In this document: piece by piece, positions 1-12,830 of the stretch
How positions within the stretch are numbered: position 1 is the stretch's first letter
Layout of the letters: the number at the start of each line of letters is the position of its first letter
Source of the DNA: Auanema rhodensis
Lineage: Eukaryota; Animalia; Nematoda
Length of the DNA: 64,000 nt
Assembly (NCBI GenBank): GCA_964057225.1
Contig: OZ059894.1
Coordinates: forward strand, 4,154,001 to 4,218,000
Direction: 5' to 3'
Made by a program: the position numbers and the translations under genes
Notes under the pieces: generated by a model
Database searches by the model: none
What the model was told of the DNA's origin: nothing
Seen by the model: only the letters and a program-made list of their open reading frames with translations

Positions 1-348
1 TTGAGTGTACATGGAAACTCAACATACACTAATGCATCATTTTTCAAACGATTATAACTAATTTTTGTATCAAGCGTTCCTCAATGTAGTATAGTGCATT
101 CGATGCGGATTTTTAAGCTGCGTCGATCTGTGTTATCAGATTTGCGCTAGCCTAAAAATGCACCGAGATATCAACTTTTATAAGTTCACACTTATATCCT
201 CGATTTTCACCCTGAAGAATTAATTTTTTCGTTGAATAACATTGTCCATCGTCTTTGCCTTGAAAAATGGAATCTAAAAACATCTACTTTTTGCTGAATT
301 ATTTCGAAATTTTTCGAAAAAATTTTTGTCAAAATGTTTTTGGAAGCA

Positions 349-376
349 ATGTTGAGTGTACATGGAAACTCAACAT
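349..376. repeat. Monomer dyad 1 (representative copy): 9-bp inverted repeat with 10-nt loop
   Basis: ATGTTGAGT-gtacatggaa-ACTCAACAT, present in nearly every monomer. Confidence 0.9.
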
Positions 377-459
377 ACACTAATGCATCATTTTTCAAAC
401 GATCATAACTAATTTTTGTATTAAGCGTTTCTCAATGTAGTATAGTGCATTCGATGCGG

Positions 460-510
460 ATTTTTAAGCTGCGTCGATCTGTGTTATCAGATTTGCGCTA
501 GCTTAAAAAT
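460..510. repeat. Monomer dyad 2 (representative copy): 51-bp imperfect hairpin
   Basis: ATTTTTAAGCT/AGCTTAAAAAT (11 bp perfect) enclosing GCG/CGC and ATCTG-tgttat-CAGAT. Confidence 0.9.
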
Positions 511-527
511 GCACCGAGATATCAACT

Positions 528-549
528 GATATAAGTTCACACTTATATC
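528..549. repeat. Monomer dyad 3 (representative copy): 9-bp inverted repeat with 4-nt loop
   Basis: GATATAAGT-tcac-ACTTATATC; overlaps the alternative dyad ATATCA-ac-TGATAT. Confidence 0.9.
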
Positions 550-626
550 CTCGATTTTCACCCTGAAGAAATAATTTTTTCGTTGAATAACATTGTCCAT
601 CGTCTTTGCCTTGAAAAAAGGAATCT

Positions 627-692
627 AAAAACATCTACTTTTTGCTAAATTATTTTGAAATTTTTCGAAAAAATTTTTGTCAAAATGTTTTT
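627..692. repeat. Monomer dyad 4 (representative copy): overlapping A/T-tract palindromes
   Basis: AAAAACAT...ATGTTTTT and ATTTTGA...TCAAAAT around the 12-bp palindrome TTTTTCGAAAAA. Confidence 0.75.
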
Positions 693-1099
693 GGAAGCAA
701 TGTTGAGTGTACATGGAAACTCAACATACACTAATGCATCATTTTTCAAACGATCATAACTAATTTTTGTATCAAGTGTTTCTCAATGTAATATAGTGCA
801 TTCGATGCGGATTTTTAAGCTGCGTCGATCTGTGTTATCAGATTTGCGCTAGCTTAAAAATGCACCGAGATATCAACTGATATAAGTTCACACTTATATC
901 CTCGATTTTCACCCTGAAAAATTAATTTTTTCGTTGAATAACGTTGTCCATCGTCTTTGCCTTGAAAAATGGAATCTAAAAACATCTACTTTTTGCTAAA
1001 TTATTTTGAAATTTTTCGAAAAAATTTTTGTCAAAATGTTTTTGGAAGCAATGTTGAGTGTACATGGAAACTCAACATACACTAATGCATCATTTTTCA

Positions 1100-2800
1100 A
1101 ACGATCATAACTAATTTTTGTATCAAGCGTTTCTTAATGTAGTATAGTGCATTCGATCCGGATTTTTAAGATGCGTCGATCTGTGTTATCAGATTAGCGC
1201 TAGCTTAAAAATGCACCGAGATATCAACTGATATAAGTTCACACTTATATCCTCGATTTTCACCCTGAAGAAATAATTTTTTCGTTGAATAACATTGTCC
1301 ATCGTCTTTGCCTTGAAAAAAGGAATCTAAAAACATCTACTTTTTGCTAAATTATTTTGAAATTTTTCGAAAAAATTTTTGTCAAAATGTTTTTGGAAGC
1401 AATGTTGAGTGTACATGGAAACTCAACATACACTAATGCATCATTTTTCAAACGATCATAACTAATTTTTGTATCAAGCGTTTTTCAATGTAGTATAGTG
1501 CATTCGATGCGGATTTTTAAGCTGCGTCGAGCTGTGTTATCAGATTTGCGCTAGCTTAAAAATGCACCGAGATATCAACTGATATAAGTTCACACTTATA
1601 TCCTCGATTTTCACCCTGAAGAAATAATTTTTTTGTTGAATAACATTGTCCATCGTCTTTGCCTTGAAAAATGGAATCTAAAAACATCTACTTTTTGCTA
1701 AATTATTTTGAAATTTTTCGAAAAAATTTTTGTCAAAATGTTTTTGGAAGCAATGTTGAGTGTACATGGAAACTCAACATACACTAATGCATCATTTTTC
1801 AAACGATCATAACTAATTTTTGTATCAAGCGTTTCTTAATGTAGTAAAGTGCATTCGATCCGGATTTTTAAGATGCGTCGATCTGTGTTATCAGATTTGC
1901 GCTAGCTTAAAAATGCACCGAGATATCAACTGATATAAGTTCACACTTATATCCTCGATTTTCACCCTGAAGAAATAATTTTTTCGTTGAATAACATTGT
2001 CCATCGTCTTTGCCTTGAAAAAAGGAATCTAAAAACATCTACTTTTTGCTAAATTATTTTGAAATTTTTCGAAAAAATTTTTGTCAAAATGTTTTTGGAA
2101 GCAATGTTGAGTGTACATGGAAACTCAACATACACTAATGCATCATTTTTCAAACGATCATAACTAATTTTTGTATCAAGCGTTTTTCAATGTAGTATAG
2201 TGCATTCGATGCGGATTTTTAAGCTGCGTCGAGCTGTGTTATCAGATTTGCGCTAGCTTAAAAATGCACCGAGATATCAACTGATATAAGTTCACACTTA
2301 TATCCTCGATTTTCACCCTGAAGAAATAATTTTTTTGTTGAATAACATTGTCCATCGTCTTTGCCTTGAAAAATGGAATCTAAAAACATCTACTTTTTGC
2401 TAAATTATTTTGAAATTTTTCGAAAAAATTTTTGTCAAAATGTTTTTGGAAGCAATGTTGAGTGTACATGGAAACTCAACATACACTAATGCATCATTTT
2501 TCAAACGATCATAACTAATTTTTGTATCAAGCGTTTCTTAATGTAGTAAAGTGCATTCGATCCGGATTTTTAAGATGCGTCGATCTGTGTTATCAGATTT
2601 GCGCTAGCTTAAAAATGCACCGAGATATCAACTGATATAAGTTCACACTTATATCCTCGATTTTCACCCTGAAGAAATAATTTCTTCGTTGAATAACATT
2701 GTCCATCGTCTTTGCCTTGAAAAAAGGAATCTAAAAACATCTACTTTTTGCTAAATTATTTTAAAATTTTTCGAAAAAATTTTTGTCAAAATGTTTTTGG
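1100..2800. repeat. Local 2-mer higher-order repeat (702 bp), about 2.5 copies; boundaries approximate
   Basis: GATCCGG plus AAGATGCG alleles near 1155, 1857, 2559 alternate with GAGCTG plus TTTTTGTTG alleles near 1529, 2231. Confidence 0.85.
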
Positions 2801-3109
2801 AAGCAATGTTGAGTGTACATGGAAACTCAACATACACTAATGCATCATTTTTCAAACGATCATAACTAATTTTTGTATTAAGCGTTTCTCAATGTAGTAT
2901 AGTGCATTCGATGCGGATTTTTAAGCTGCGTCGATCTGTGTTATCAGATTTGCGCTAGCTTAAAAATGCACCGAGATATCAACTGATATAAGTTCACACT
3001 TATATCCTCGATTTTCACCCTGAAGAATTGATTTTTTCGTTGAATAACATTGTCCATCGTCTTTGCCTTGAAAAAAGGAATCTGAAAACATCTACTTTTT
3101 GCTAAATTA

Positions 3110-6100
3110 TTTTGAAATTTTTCGAAAAAATTTTTGTCAAAATGTTTTTGGAAGCAATGTTGAGTGTACATGGAAACTCAACATACACTAATGCATCATT
3201 TTTCAAACGATCATAACTAATTTTTGTATCAAGTGTTTCTCAATGTAGTATAGTGCATTCGATGCGGATTTTTAAGCTGCGTCGATCTGTGTTATCAGAT
3301 TTGCGCTAGCTTAAAAATGCACCGAGATATCAACTGATATAAGTTCACACTTATATCCTCGATTTTCACCCTGAAGAATTAATTTTTTCGTTGAATAACA
3401 TTGTCCATCGTCTTTGCCTTGAAAAATGGAATCTAAAAACATCTACTTTTTGCTGAATTATTTTGAAATTTTTCGAAAAAATTTTTGTCAAAATGTTTTT
3501 GGAAGCAATGTTGAGTGTACATGGAAACTCAACATACACTAATGCATCATTTTTCAAACGATCATAACTAATTTTTGTATCAAATGTTTCTCAATGTAGT
3601 ATAGTGCATTCGATGCGGATTTTTAAGCTGCGTCGATCTGTGTTATCAGATTTGCGCTAGCTTAAAAATGCACCGAGATATCAACTGATATAAGTTCACA
3701 CTTATATCCTCGATTTTCACCCTGAAGAATTAATTTTTTCGTTGAATAACATTGTCCATCGTCTTTGCCTTGAAAAATGGAATCTAAAAACATCTACTTT
3801 TTGCTGAATTATTTTGAAATTTTTCGAAAAAATTTTTGTCAAAATGTTTTTGGAAGCAATGTTGAGTGTACATGGAAACTCAACATACACTAATGCATCA
3901 TTTTTCAAACGATCATAACTAATTTTTGTATCAAGCGTTTCTTAATGTAGTAAAGTGCATTCGATCCGGATTTTTAAGATGCGTCGATCTGTGTTATCAG
4001 ATTTGCGCTAGCTTAAAAATGCACCGAGATATCAACTGATATAAGTTCACACTTATATCCTCGATTTTCACCCTGAAGAAATAATTTCTTCGTTGAATAA
4101 CATTGTCCATCGTCTTTGCCTTGAAAAAAGGAATCTAAAAACATCTACTTTTTGCTAAATTATTTTAAAATTTTTCGAAAAAATTTTTGTCAAAATGTTT
4201 TTGGAAGCAATGTTGAGTGTACATGGAAACTCAACATACACTAATGCATCATTTTTCAAACGATCATAACTAATTTTTGTATTAAGCGTTTCTCAATGTA
4301 GTATAGTGCATTCGATGCGGATTTTTAAGCTGCGTCGATCTGTGTTATCAGATTTGCGCTAGCTTAAAAATGCACCGAGATATCAACTGATATAAGTTCA
4401 CACTTATATCCTCGATTTTCACCCTGAAGAATTGATTTTTTCGTTGAATAACATTGTCCATCGTCTTTGCCTTGAAAAATGGAATCTAAAAACATCTACT
4501 TTTTGCTGAATTATTTTGAAATTTTTCGAAAAAATTTTTGTCAAAATGTTTTTGGAAGCAATGTTGAGTGTACATGGAAACTCAACATACACTAATGCAT
4601 CATTTTTCAAACGATCATAACTAATTTTTGTATCAAATGTTTCTCAATGTAGTATAGTGCATTCGATGCGGATTTTTAAGCTGCGTCGATCTGTGTTATC
4701 AGATTTGCGCTAGCTTAAAAATGCACCGAGATATCAACTGATATAAGTTCACACTTATATCCTCGATTTTCACCCTGAAGAATTAATTTTTTCGTTGAAT
4801 AACATTGTCCATCGTCTTTGCCTTGAAAAATGGAATCTAAAAACATCTACTTTTTGCTGAATTATTTTTAAATTTTTCGAAAAAATTTTTGTCAAAATGT
4901 TTTTGGAAGCAATGTTGAGTGTACATGGAAACTCAACATACACTAATGCATCATTTTTCAAACGATCATAACTAATTTTTGTATCAAGTGTTTCTCAATG
5001 TAGTATAGTGCATTCGATGCGGATTTTTAAGCTGCGTCGATCTGTGTTATCAGATTTGCGCTAGCTTAAAAATGCACCGAGATATCAACTGATATAAGTT
5101 CACACTTATATCCTCGTTTTTCACCCTGAAGAATTAATTTTTTCGTTGAATAACATTGTCCATCGTCTTTGCCTTGAAAAATGGAATCTAAAAACATCTA
5201 CTTTTTGCTAAATTATTTTGAAATTTTTCGAAAAAATTTTTGTCAAAATGTTTTTGGAAGCAATGTTGAGTGTACATGGAAACTCAACATACACTAATGC
5301 ATCATTTTACAAACGATCATAACTAATTTTTGTATTAAGCGTTTCTCAATGTAGTATAGTGCATTCGATGCGGATTTTTAAGCTGCGTCGATCTGTGTTA
5401 TCAGATTTGCGCTAGCTTAAAAATGCACCGAGATATCAACTGATATAAGTTCATACTTATATCCTCGTTTTTCACCCTGAAGAATTAATTTTTTCGTTGA
5501 ATAACATTGTCCATCGTCTTTGCCTTGAAAAACGGAATCTAAAAACATCTACTTTTTGCTGAATTATTTTGAAATTTTTCGAAAAAATTTTTGTCAAAAT
5601 GTTTTTGGAAGCAATGTTGAGTGTACATGGAAACTCAACATACACTAATGCATCATTTTTCAAACGATCATAACTAATTTTTGTATCAAATGTTTCTCAA
5701 TGTGGTATAGTGCATTCGATGCGGATTTTTAAGCTGCGTCGATCTTTGTTATCAGATTTGCGCTAGCTTAAAAATGCACCGAGATATCAACTGATATAAG
5801 TTCACACTTATATCCTCGATTTTCACCCTGAAGAATTAATTTTTTCGTTGAATAACATTGTCCATCGTCTTTGCCTTGAGAAATGGAATCTAAAAACATC
5901 TACTTTTTGCTGAATTATTTTGAAATTTTTCGAAAAAATTTTTGTCAAAATGTTTTTGGAAGCAATGTTGAGTGTACATGGAAACTCAACATACACTAAT
6001 GCATCATTTTTCAAACGATCATAACTAATTTTTGTATCAAGTGTTTCTCAATGTAGTATAGTGCATTCGATGCGGATTTTTAAGCTGCGTCGATCTGTGT

Positions 6101-9100
6101 TATCAGATTTGCGCTAGCTTAAAAATGCACCGAGATATCAACTGATATAAGTTCACACTTATATCCTCGTTTTTCACCCTGAAGAATTAATTTTTTCGTT
6201 GAATAACATTGTCCATCGTCTTTGCCTTGAAAAATGGAATCTAAAAACATCTACTTTTTGCTAAATTATTTTGAAATTTTTCGAAAAAATTTTTGTCAAA
6301 ATGTTTTTGGAAGCAATGTTGAGTGTACATGGAAACTCAACATACACTAATGCATCATTTTACAAACGATCATAACTAATTTTTGTATTAAGCGTTTCTC
6401 AATGTAGTATAGTGCATTCGATGCGGATTTTTAAGCTGCGTCGATCTGTGTTATCAGATTTGCGCTAGCTTAAAAATGCACCGAGATATCAACTGATATA
6501 AGTTCACACTTATATCCTCGTTTTTCACCCTGAAGAATTAATTTTTTCGTTGAATAACATTGTCCATCGTCTTTGCCTTGAAAAATGGAATCTAAAAACA
6601 TCTACTTTTTGCTGAATTATTTTGAAATTTTTCGAAAAAATTTTTGTCAAAATGTTTTTGGAAGCAATGTTGAGTGTACATGGAAACTCAACATACACTA
6701 ATGCATCATTTTTCAAACGATCATAACTAATTTTTGTATCAAATGTTTCTCAATGTAGTATAGTGCATTCGATGCGGATTTTTAAGCTGCGTCGATCTGT
6801 GTTATCAGATTTGCGCTAGCTTAAAAATGCACCGAGATATCAACTGATATAAGTTCACACTTATATCCTCGATTTTCACCCTGAAGAATTAATTTTTTCG
6901 TTGAATAACATTGTCCATCGTCTTTGCCTTGAAAAATGGAATCTAAAAACATCTACTTTTTGCTGAATTATTTTGAAATTTTTCGAAAAAATTTTTGTCA
7001 AAATGTTTTTGGAAGCAATGTTGAGTGTACATGGAAACTCAACATACACTAATGCATCATTTTTCAAACGATCATAACTAATTTTTGTATCAAGTGTTTC
7101 TCAATGTAGTATAGTGCATTCGATGCGGATTTTTAAGCTGCGTCGATCTGTGTTATCAGATTTGCGCTAGCTTAAAAATGCACCGAGATATCAACTGATA
7201 TAAGTTCACACTTATATCCTCGTTTTTCACCCTGAAGAATTAATTTTTTCGTTGAATAACATTGTCCATCGTCTTTGCCTTGAAAAATGGAATCTAAAAA
7301 CATCTACTTTTTGCTAAATTATTTTGAAATTTTTCGAAAAAATTTTTGTCAAAATGTTTTTGGAAGCAATGTTGAGTGTACATGGAAACTCAACATACAC
7401 TAATGCATCATTTTTCAAACGATCATAACTAATTTTTGTATCAAGTGTTTCTCAATGTAGTATAGTGCATTCGATGCGGATTTTTAAGCTGCGTCGATCT
7501 GTGTTATCAGATTTGCGCTAGCTTAAAAATGCACCGAGATATCAACTGATATAAGTTCACACTTATATCCTCGATTTTCACCCTGAAGAATTAATTTTTT
7601 CGTTGAATAACATTGTCCATCGTCTTTGCCTTGAAAAATGGAATCTAAAAACATCTACTTTTTGCTGAATTATTTTGAAATTTTTCGAAAAAATTTTTGT
7701 CAAAATGTTTTTGGAAGCAATGTTGAGTGTACATGGAAACTCAACATACACTAATGCATCATTTTTCAAACGATCATAACTAATTTTTGTATCAAGTGTT
7801 TCTCAATGTAGTATAGTGCATTCGATGCGGATTTTTAAGCTGCGTCGATCTGTGTTATCAGATTTGCGCTAGCTTAAAAATGCACCGAGATATCAACTGA
7901 TATAAGTTCACACTTATATCCTCGATTTTCACCCTGAAGAATTAATTTTTTCGTTGAATAACATTGTCCATCGTCTTTGCCTTGAAAAATGGAATCTAAA
8001 AACATCTACTTTTTGCTGAATTATTTTGAAATTTTTCGAAAAAATTTTTGTCAAAATGTTTTTGGAAGCAATGTTGAGTGTACATGGAAACTCAACATAC
8101 ACTAATGCATCATTTTTCAAACGATCATAACTAATTTTTGTATCAAATGTTTCTCAATGTAGTATAGTGCATTCGATGCGGATTTTTAAGCTGCGTCGAT
8201 CTGTGTTATCAGATTTGCGCTAGCTTAAAAATGCACCGAGATATCAACTGATATAAGTTCACACTTATATCCTCGATTTTCACCCTGAAGAATTAATTTT
8301 TTCGTTGAATAACATTGTCCATCGTCTTTGCCTTGAAAAATGGAATCTAAAAACATCTACTTTTTGCTGAATTATTTTGAAATTTTTCGAAAAAATTTTT
8401 GTCAAAATGTTTTTGGAAGCAATGTTGAGTGTACATGGAAACTCAACATACACTAATGCATCATTTTTCAAACGATCATAACTAATTTTTGTATCAAGCG
8501 TTTCTTAATGTAGTAAAGTGCATTCGATCCGGATTTTTAAGATGCGTCGATCTGTGTTATCAGATTTGCGCTAGCTTAAAAATGCACCGAGATATCAACT
8601 GATATAAGTTCACACTTATATCCTCGATTTTCACCCTGAAGAAATAATTTCTTCGTTGAATAACATTGTCCATCGTCTTTGCCTTGAAAAAAGGAATCTA
8701 AAAACATCTACTTTTTGCTAAATTATTTTAAAATTTTTCGAAAAAATTTTTGTCAAAATGTTTTTGGAAGCAATGTTGAGTGTACATGGAAACTCAACAT
8801 ACACTAATGCATCATTTTTCAAACGATCATAACTAATTTTTGTATTAAGCGTTTCTCAATGTAGTATAGTGCATTCGATGCGGATTTTTAAGCTGCGTCG
8901 ATCTGTGTTATCAGATTTGCGCTAGCTTAAAAATGCACCGAGATATCAACTGATATAAGTTCACACTTATATCCTCGATTTTCACCCTGAAGAATTGATT
9001 TTTTCGTTGAATAACATTGTCCATCGTCTTTGCCTTGAAAAATGGAATCTAAAAACATCTACTTTTTGCTGAATTATTTTGAAATTTTTCGAAAAAATTT

Positions 9101-12100
9101 TTGTCAAAATGTTTTTGGAAGCAATGTTGAGTGTACATGGAAACTCAACATACACTAATGCATCATTTTTCAAACGATCATAACTAATTTTTGTATCAAA
9201 TGTTTCTCAATGTAGTATAGTGCATTCGATGCGGATTTTTAAGCTGCGTCGATCTGTGTTATCAGATTTGCGCTAGCTTAAAAATGCACCGAGATATCAA
9301 CTGATATAAGTTCACACTTATATCCTCGATTTTCACCCTGAAGAATTAATTTTTTCGTTGAATAACATTGTCCATCGTCTTTGCCTTGAAAAATGGAATC
9401 TAAAAACATCTACTTTTTGCTGAATTATTTTGAAATTTTTCGAAAAAATTTTTGTCAAAATGTTTTTGGAAGCAATGTTGAGTGTACATGGAAACTCAAC
9501 ATACACTAATGCATCATTTTTCAAACGATCATAACTAATTTTTGTATCAAGTGTTTCTCAATGTAGTATAGTGCATTCGATGCGGATTTTTAAGCTGCGT
9601 CGATCTGTGTTATCAGATTTGCGCTAGCTTAAAAATGCACCGAGATATCAACTGATATAAGTTCACACTTATATCCTCGTTTTTCACCCTGAAGAATTAA
9701 TTTTTTCGTTGAATAACATTGTCCATCGTCTTTGCCTTGAAAAATGGAATCTAAAAACATCTACTTTTTGCTAAATTATTTTGAAATTTTTCGAAAAAAT
9801 TTTTGTCAAAATGTTTTTGGAAGCAATGTTGAGTGTACATGGAAACTCAACATACACTAATGCATCATTTTACAAACGATCATAACTAATTTTTGTATTA
9901 AGCGTTTCTCAATGTAGTATAGTGCATTCGATGCGGATTTTTAAGCTGCGTCGATCTGTGTTATCAGATTTGCGCTAGCTTAAAAATGCACCGAGATATC
10001 AACTGATATAAGTTCATACTTATATCCTCGTTTTTCACCCTGAAGAATTAATTTTTTCGTTGAATAACATTGTCCATCGTCTTTGCCTTGAAAAACGGAA
10101 TCTAAAAACATCTACTTTTTGCTGAATTATTTTGAAATTTTTCGAAAAAATTTTTGTCAAAATGTTTTTGGAAGCAATGTTGAGTGTACATGGAAACTCA
10201 ACATACACTAATGCATCATTTTTCAAACGATCATAACTAATTTTTGTATCAAATGTTTCTCAATGTAGTATAGTGCATTCGATGCGGATTTTTAAGCTGC
10301 GTCGATCTTTGTTATCAGATTTGCGCTAGCTTAAAAATGCACCGAGATATCAACTGATATAAGTTCACACTTATATCCTCGATTTTCACCCTGAAGAATT
10401 AATTTTTTCGTTGAATAACATTGTCCATCGTCTTTGCCTTGAGAAATGGAATCTAAAAACATCTACTTTTTGCTGAATTATTTTGAAATTTTTCGAAAAA
10501 ATTTTTGTCAAAATGTTTTTGGAAGCAATGTTGAGTGTACATGGAAACTCAACATACACTAATGCATCATTTTTCAAACGATCATAACTAATTTTTGTAT
10601 CAAGTGTTTCTCAATGTAGTATAGTGCATTCGATGCGGATTTTTAAGCTGCGTCGATCTGTGTTATCAGATTTGCGCTAGCTTAAAAATGCACCGAGATA
10701 TCAACTGATATAAGTTCACACTTATATCCTCGTTTTTCACCCTGAAGAATTAATTTTTTCGTTGAATAACATTGTCCATCGTCTTTGCCTTGAAAAATGG
10801 AATCTAAAAACATCTACTTTTTGCTAAATTATTTTGAAATTTTTCGAAAAAATTTTTGTCAAAATGTTTTTGGAAGCAATGTTGAGTGTACATGGAAACT
10901 CAACATACACTAATGCATCATTTTACAAACGATCATAACTAATTTTTGTATTAAGCGTTTCTCAATGTAGTATAGTGCATTCGATGCGGATTTTTAAGCT
11001 GCGTCGATCTGTGTTATCAGATTTGCGCTAGCTTAAAAATGCACCGAGATATCAACTGATATAAGTTCACACTTATATCCTCGTTTTTCACCCTGAAGAA
11101 TTAATTTTTTCGTTGAATAACATTGTCCATCGTCTTTGCCTTGAAAAATGGAATCTAAAAACATCTACTTTTTGCTGAATTATTTTGAAATTTTTCGAAA
11201 AAATTTTTGTCAAAATGTTTTTGGAAGCAATGTTGAGTGTACATGGAAACTCAACATACACTAATGCATCATTTTTCAAACGATCATAACTAATTTTTGT
11301 ATCAAATGTTTCTCAATGTAGTATAGTGCATTCGATGCGGATTTTTAAGCTGCGTCGATCTGTGTTATCAGATTTGCGCTAGCTTAAAAATGCACCGAGA
11401 TATCAACTGATATAAGTTCACACTTATATCCTCGATTTTCACCCTGAAGAATTAATTTTTTCGTTGAATAACATTGTCCATCGTCTTTGCCTTGAAAAAT
11501 GGAATCTAAAAACATCTACTTTTTGCTGAATTATTTTGAAATTTTTCGAAAAAATTTTTGTCAAAATGTTTTTGGAAGCAATGTTGAGTGTACATGGAAA
11601 CTCAACATACACTAATGCATCATTTTTCAAACGATCATAACTAATTTTTGTATCAAGTGTTTCTCAATGTAGTATAGTGCATTCGATGCGGATTTTTAAG
11701 CTGCGTCGATCTGTGTTATCAGATTTGCGCTAGCTTAAAAATGCACCGAGATATCAACTGATATAAGTTCACACTTATATCCTCGTTTTTCACCCTGAAG
11801 AATTAATTTTTTCGTTGAATAACATTGTCCATCGTCTTTGCCTTGAAAAATGGAATCTAAAAACATCTACTTTTTGCTAAATTATTTTGAAATTTTTCGA
11901 AAAAATTTTTGTCAAAATGTTTTTGGAAGCAATGTTGAGTGTACATGGAAACTCAACATACACTAATGCATCATTTTTCAAACGATCATAACTAATTTTT
12001 GTATCAAGTGTTTCTCAATGTAGTATAGTGCATTCGATGCGGATTTTTAAGCTGCGTCGATCTGTGTTATCAGATTTGCGCTAGCTTAAAAATGCACCGA

Positions 12101-12830
12101 GATATCAACTGATATAAGTTCACACTTATATCCTCGATTTTCACCCTGAAGAATTAATTTTTTCGTTGAATAACATTGTCCATCGTCTTTGCCTTGAAAA
12201 ATGGAATCTAAAAACATCTACTTTTTGCTGAATTATTTTGAAATTTTTCGAAAAAATTTTTGTCAAAATGTTTTTGGAAGCAATGTTGAGTGTACATGGA
12301 AACTCAACATACACTAATGCATCATTTTTCAAACGATCATAACTAATTTTTGTATCAAGTGTTTCTCAATGTAGTATAGTGCATTCGATGCGGATTTTTA
12401 AGCTGCGTCGATCTGTGTTATCAGATTTGCGCTAGCTTAAAAATGCACCGAGATATCAACTGATATAAGTTCACACTTATATCCTCGATTTTCACCCTGA
12501 AGAATTAATTTTTTCGTTGAATAACATTGTCCATCGTCTTTGCCTTGAAAAATGGAATCTAAAAACATCTACTTTTTGCTGAATTATTTTGAAATTTTTC
12601 GAAAAAATTTTTGTCAAAATGTTTTTGGAAGCAATGTTGAGTGTACATGGAAACTCAACATACACTAATGCATCATTTTTCAAACGATCATAACTAATTT
12701 TTGTATCAAATGTTTCTCAATGTAGTATAGTGCATTCGATGCGGATTTTTAAGCTGCGTCGATCTGTGTTATCAGATTTGCGCTAGCTTAAAAATGCACC
12801 GAGATATCAACTGATATAAGTTCACACTTA
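3110..12830. repeat. 13-mer tandem duplication (4563 bp period) over a loose 3-mer pattern; boundaries approximate
   Basis: Rare alleles recur 4563 bp apart: AAAACGG (ORFs 5472 and 10035), GAGAAATGG (5878 and 10441), GATCCGG (near 3964 and 8527). ORF starts 3366-7929 all map to 7929-12492. Confidence 0.9.

Noticed and set aside
25-229. Monomer as an ancient dimer (TACACTAATGCATCATTTTTCA...TAATTTTT versus CACACTTATATCCTCGATTTTCA...TAATTTTT)
   Set aside because: Similarity is patchy, over about 40 AT-rich bases at a 162-bp offset, and does not extend; it is not distinguishable from chance by eye.
227-243. CENP-B box-like TTTCGTTGAATAACATT
   Set aside because: It matches TTCG and the central A but lacks the essential CGGG.
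1-351. Tandem 5S rRNA, tRNA, snRNA or spliced-leader gene unit
   Set aside because: No recognisable conserved sequence, cloverleaf or internal promoter boxes on either strand; an Rfam scan would be the definitive test.
212-376. Hammerhead ribozyme (CTGAAGA at 212-218 and downstream GAAA), as known from some animal satellites
   Set aside because: I could not build stems I and II around the core, and the only good stem III candidate (GAAACTCAACAT with ATGTTGAGT) gives a GUG triplet rather than NUH. An Infernal search against Rfam hammerhead models would settle it.
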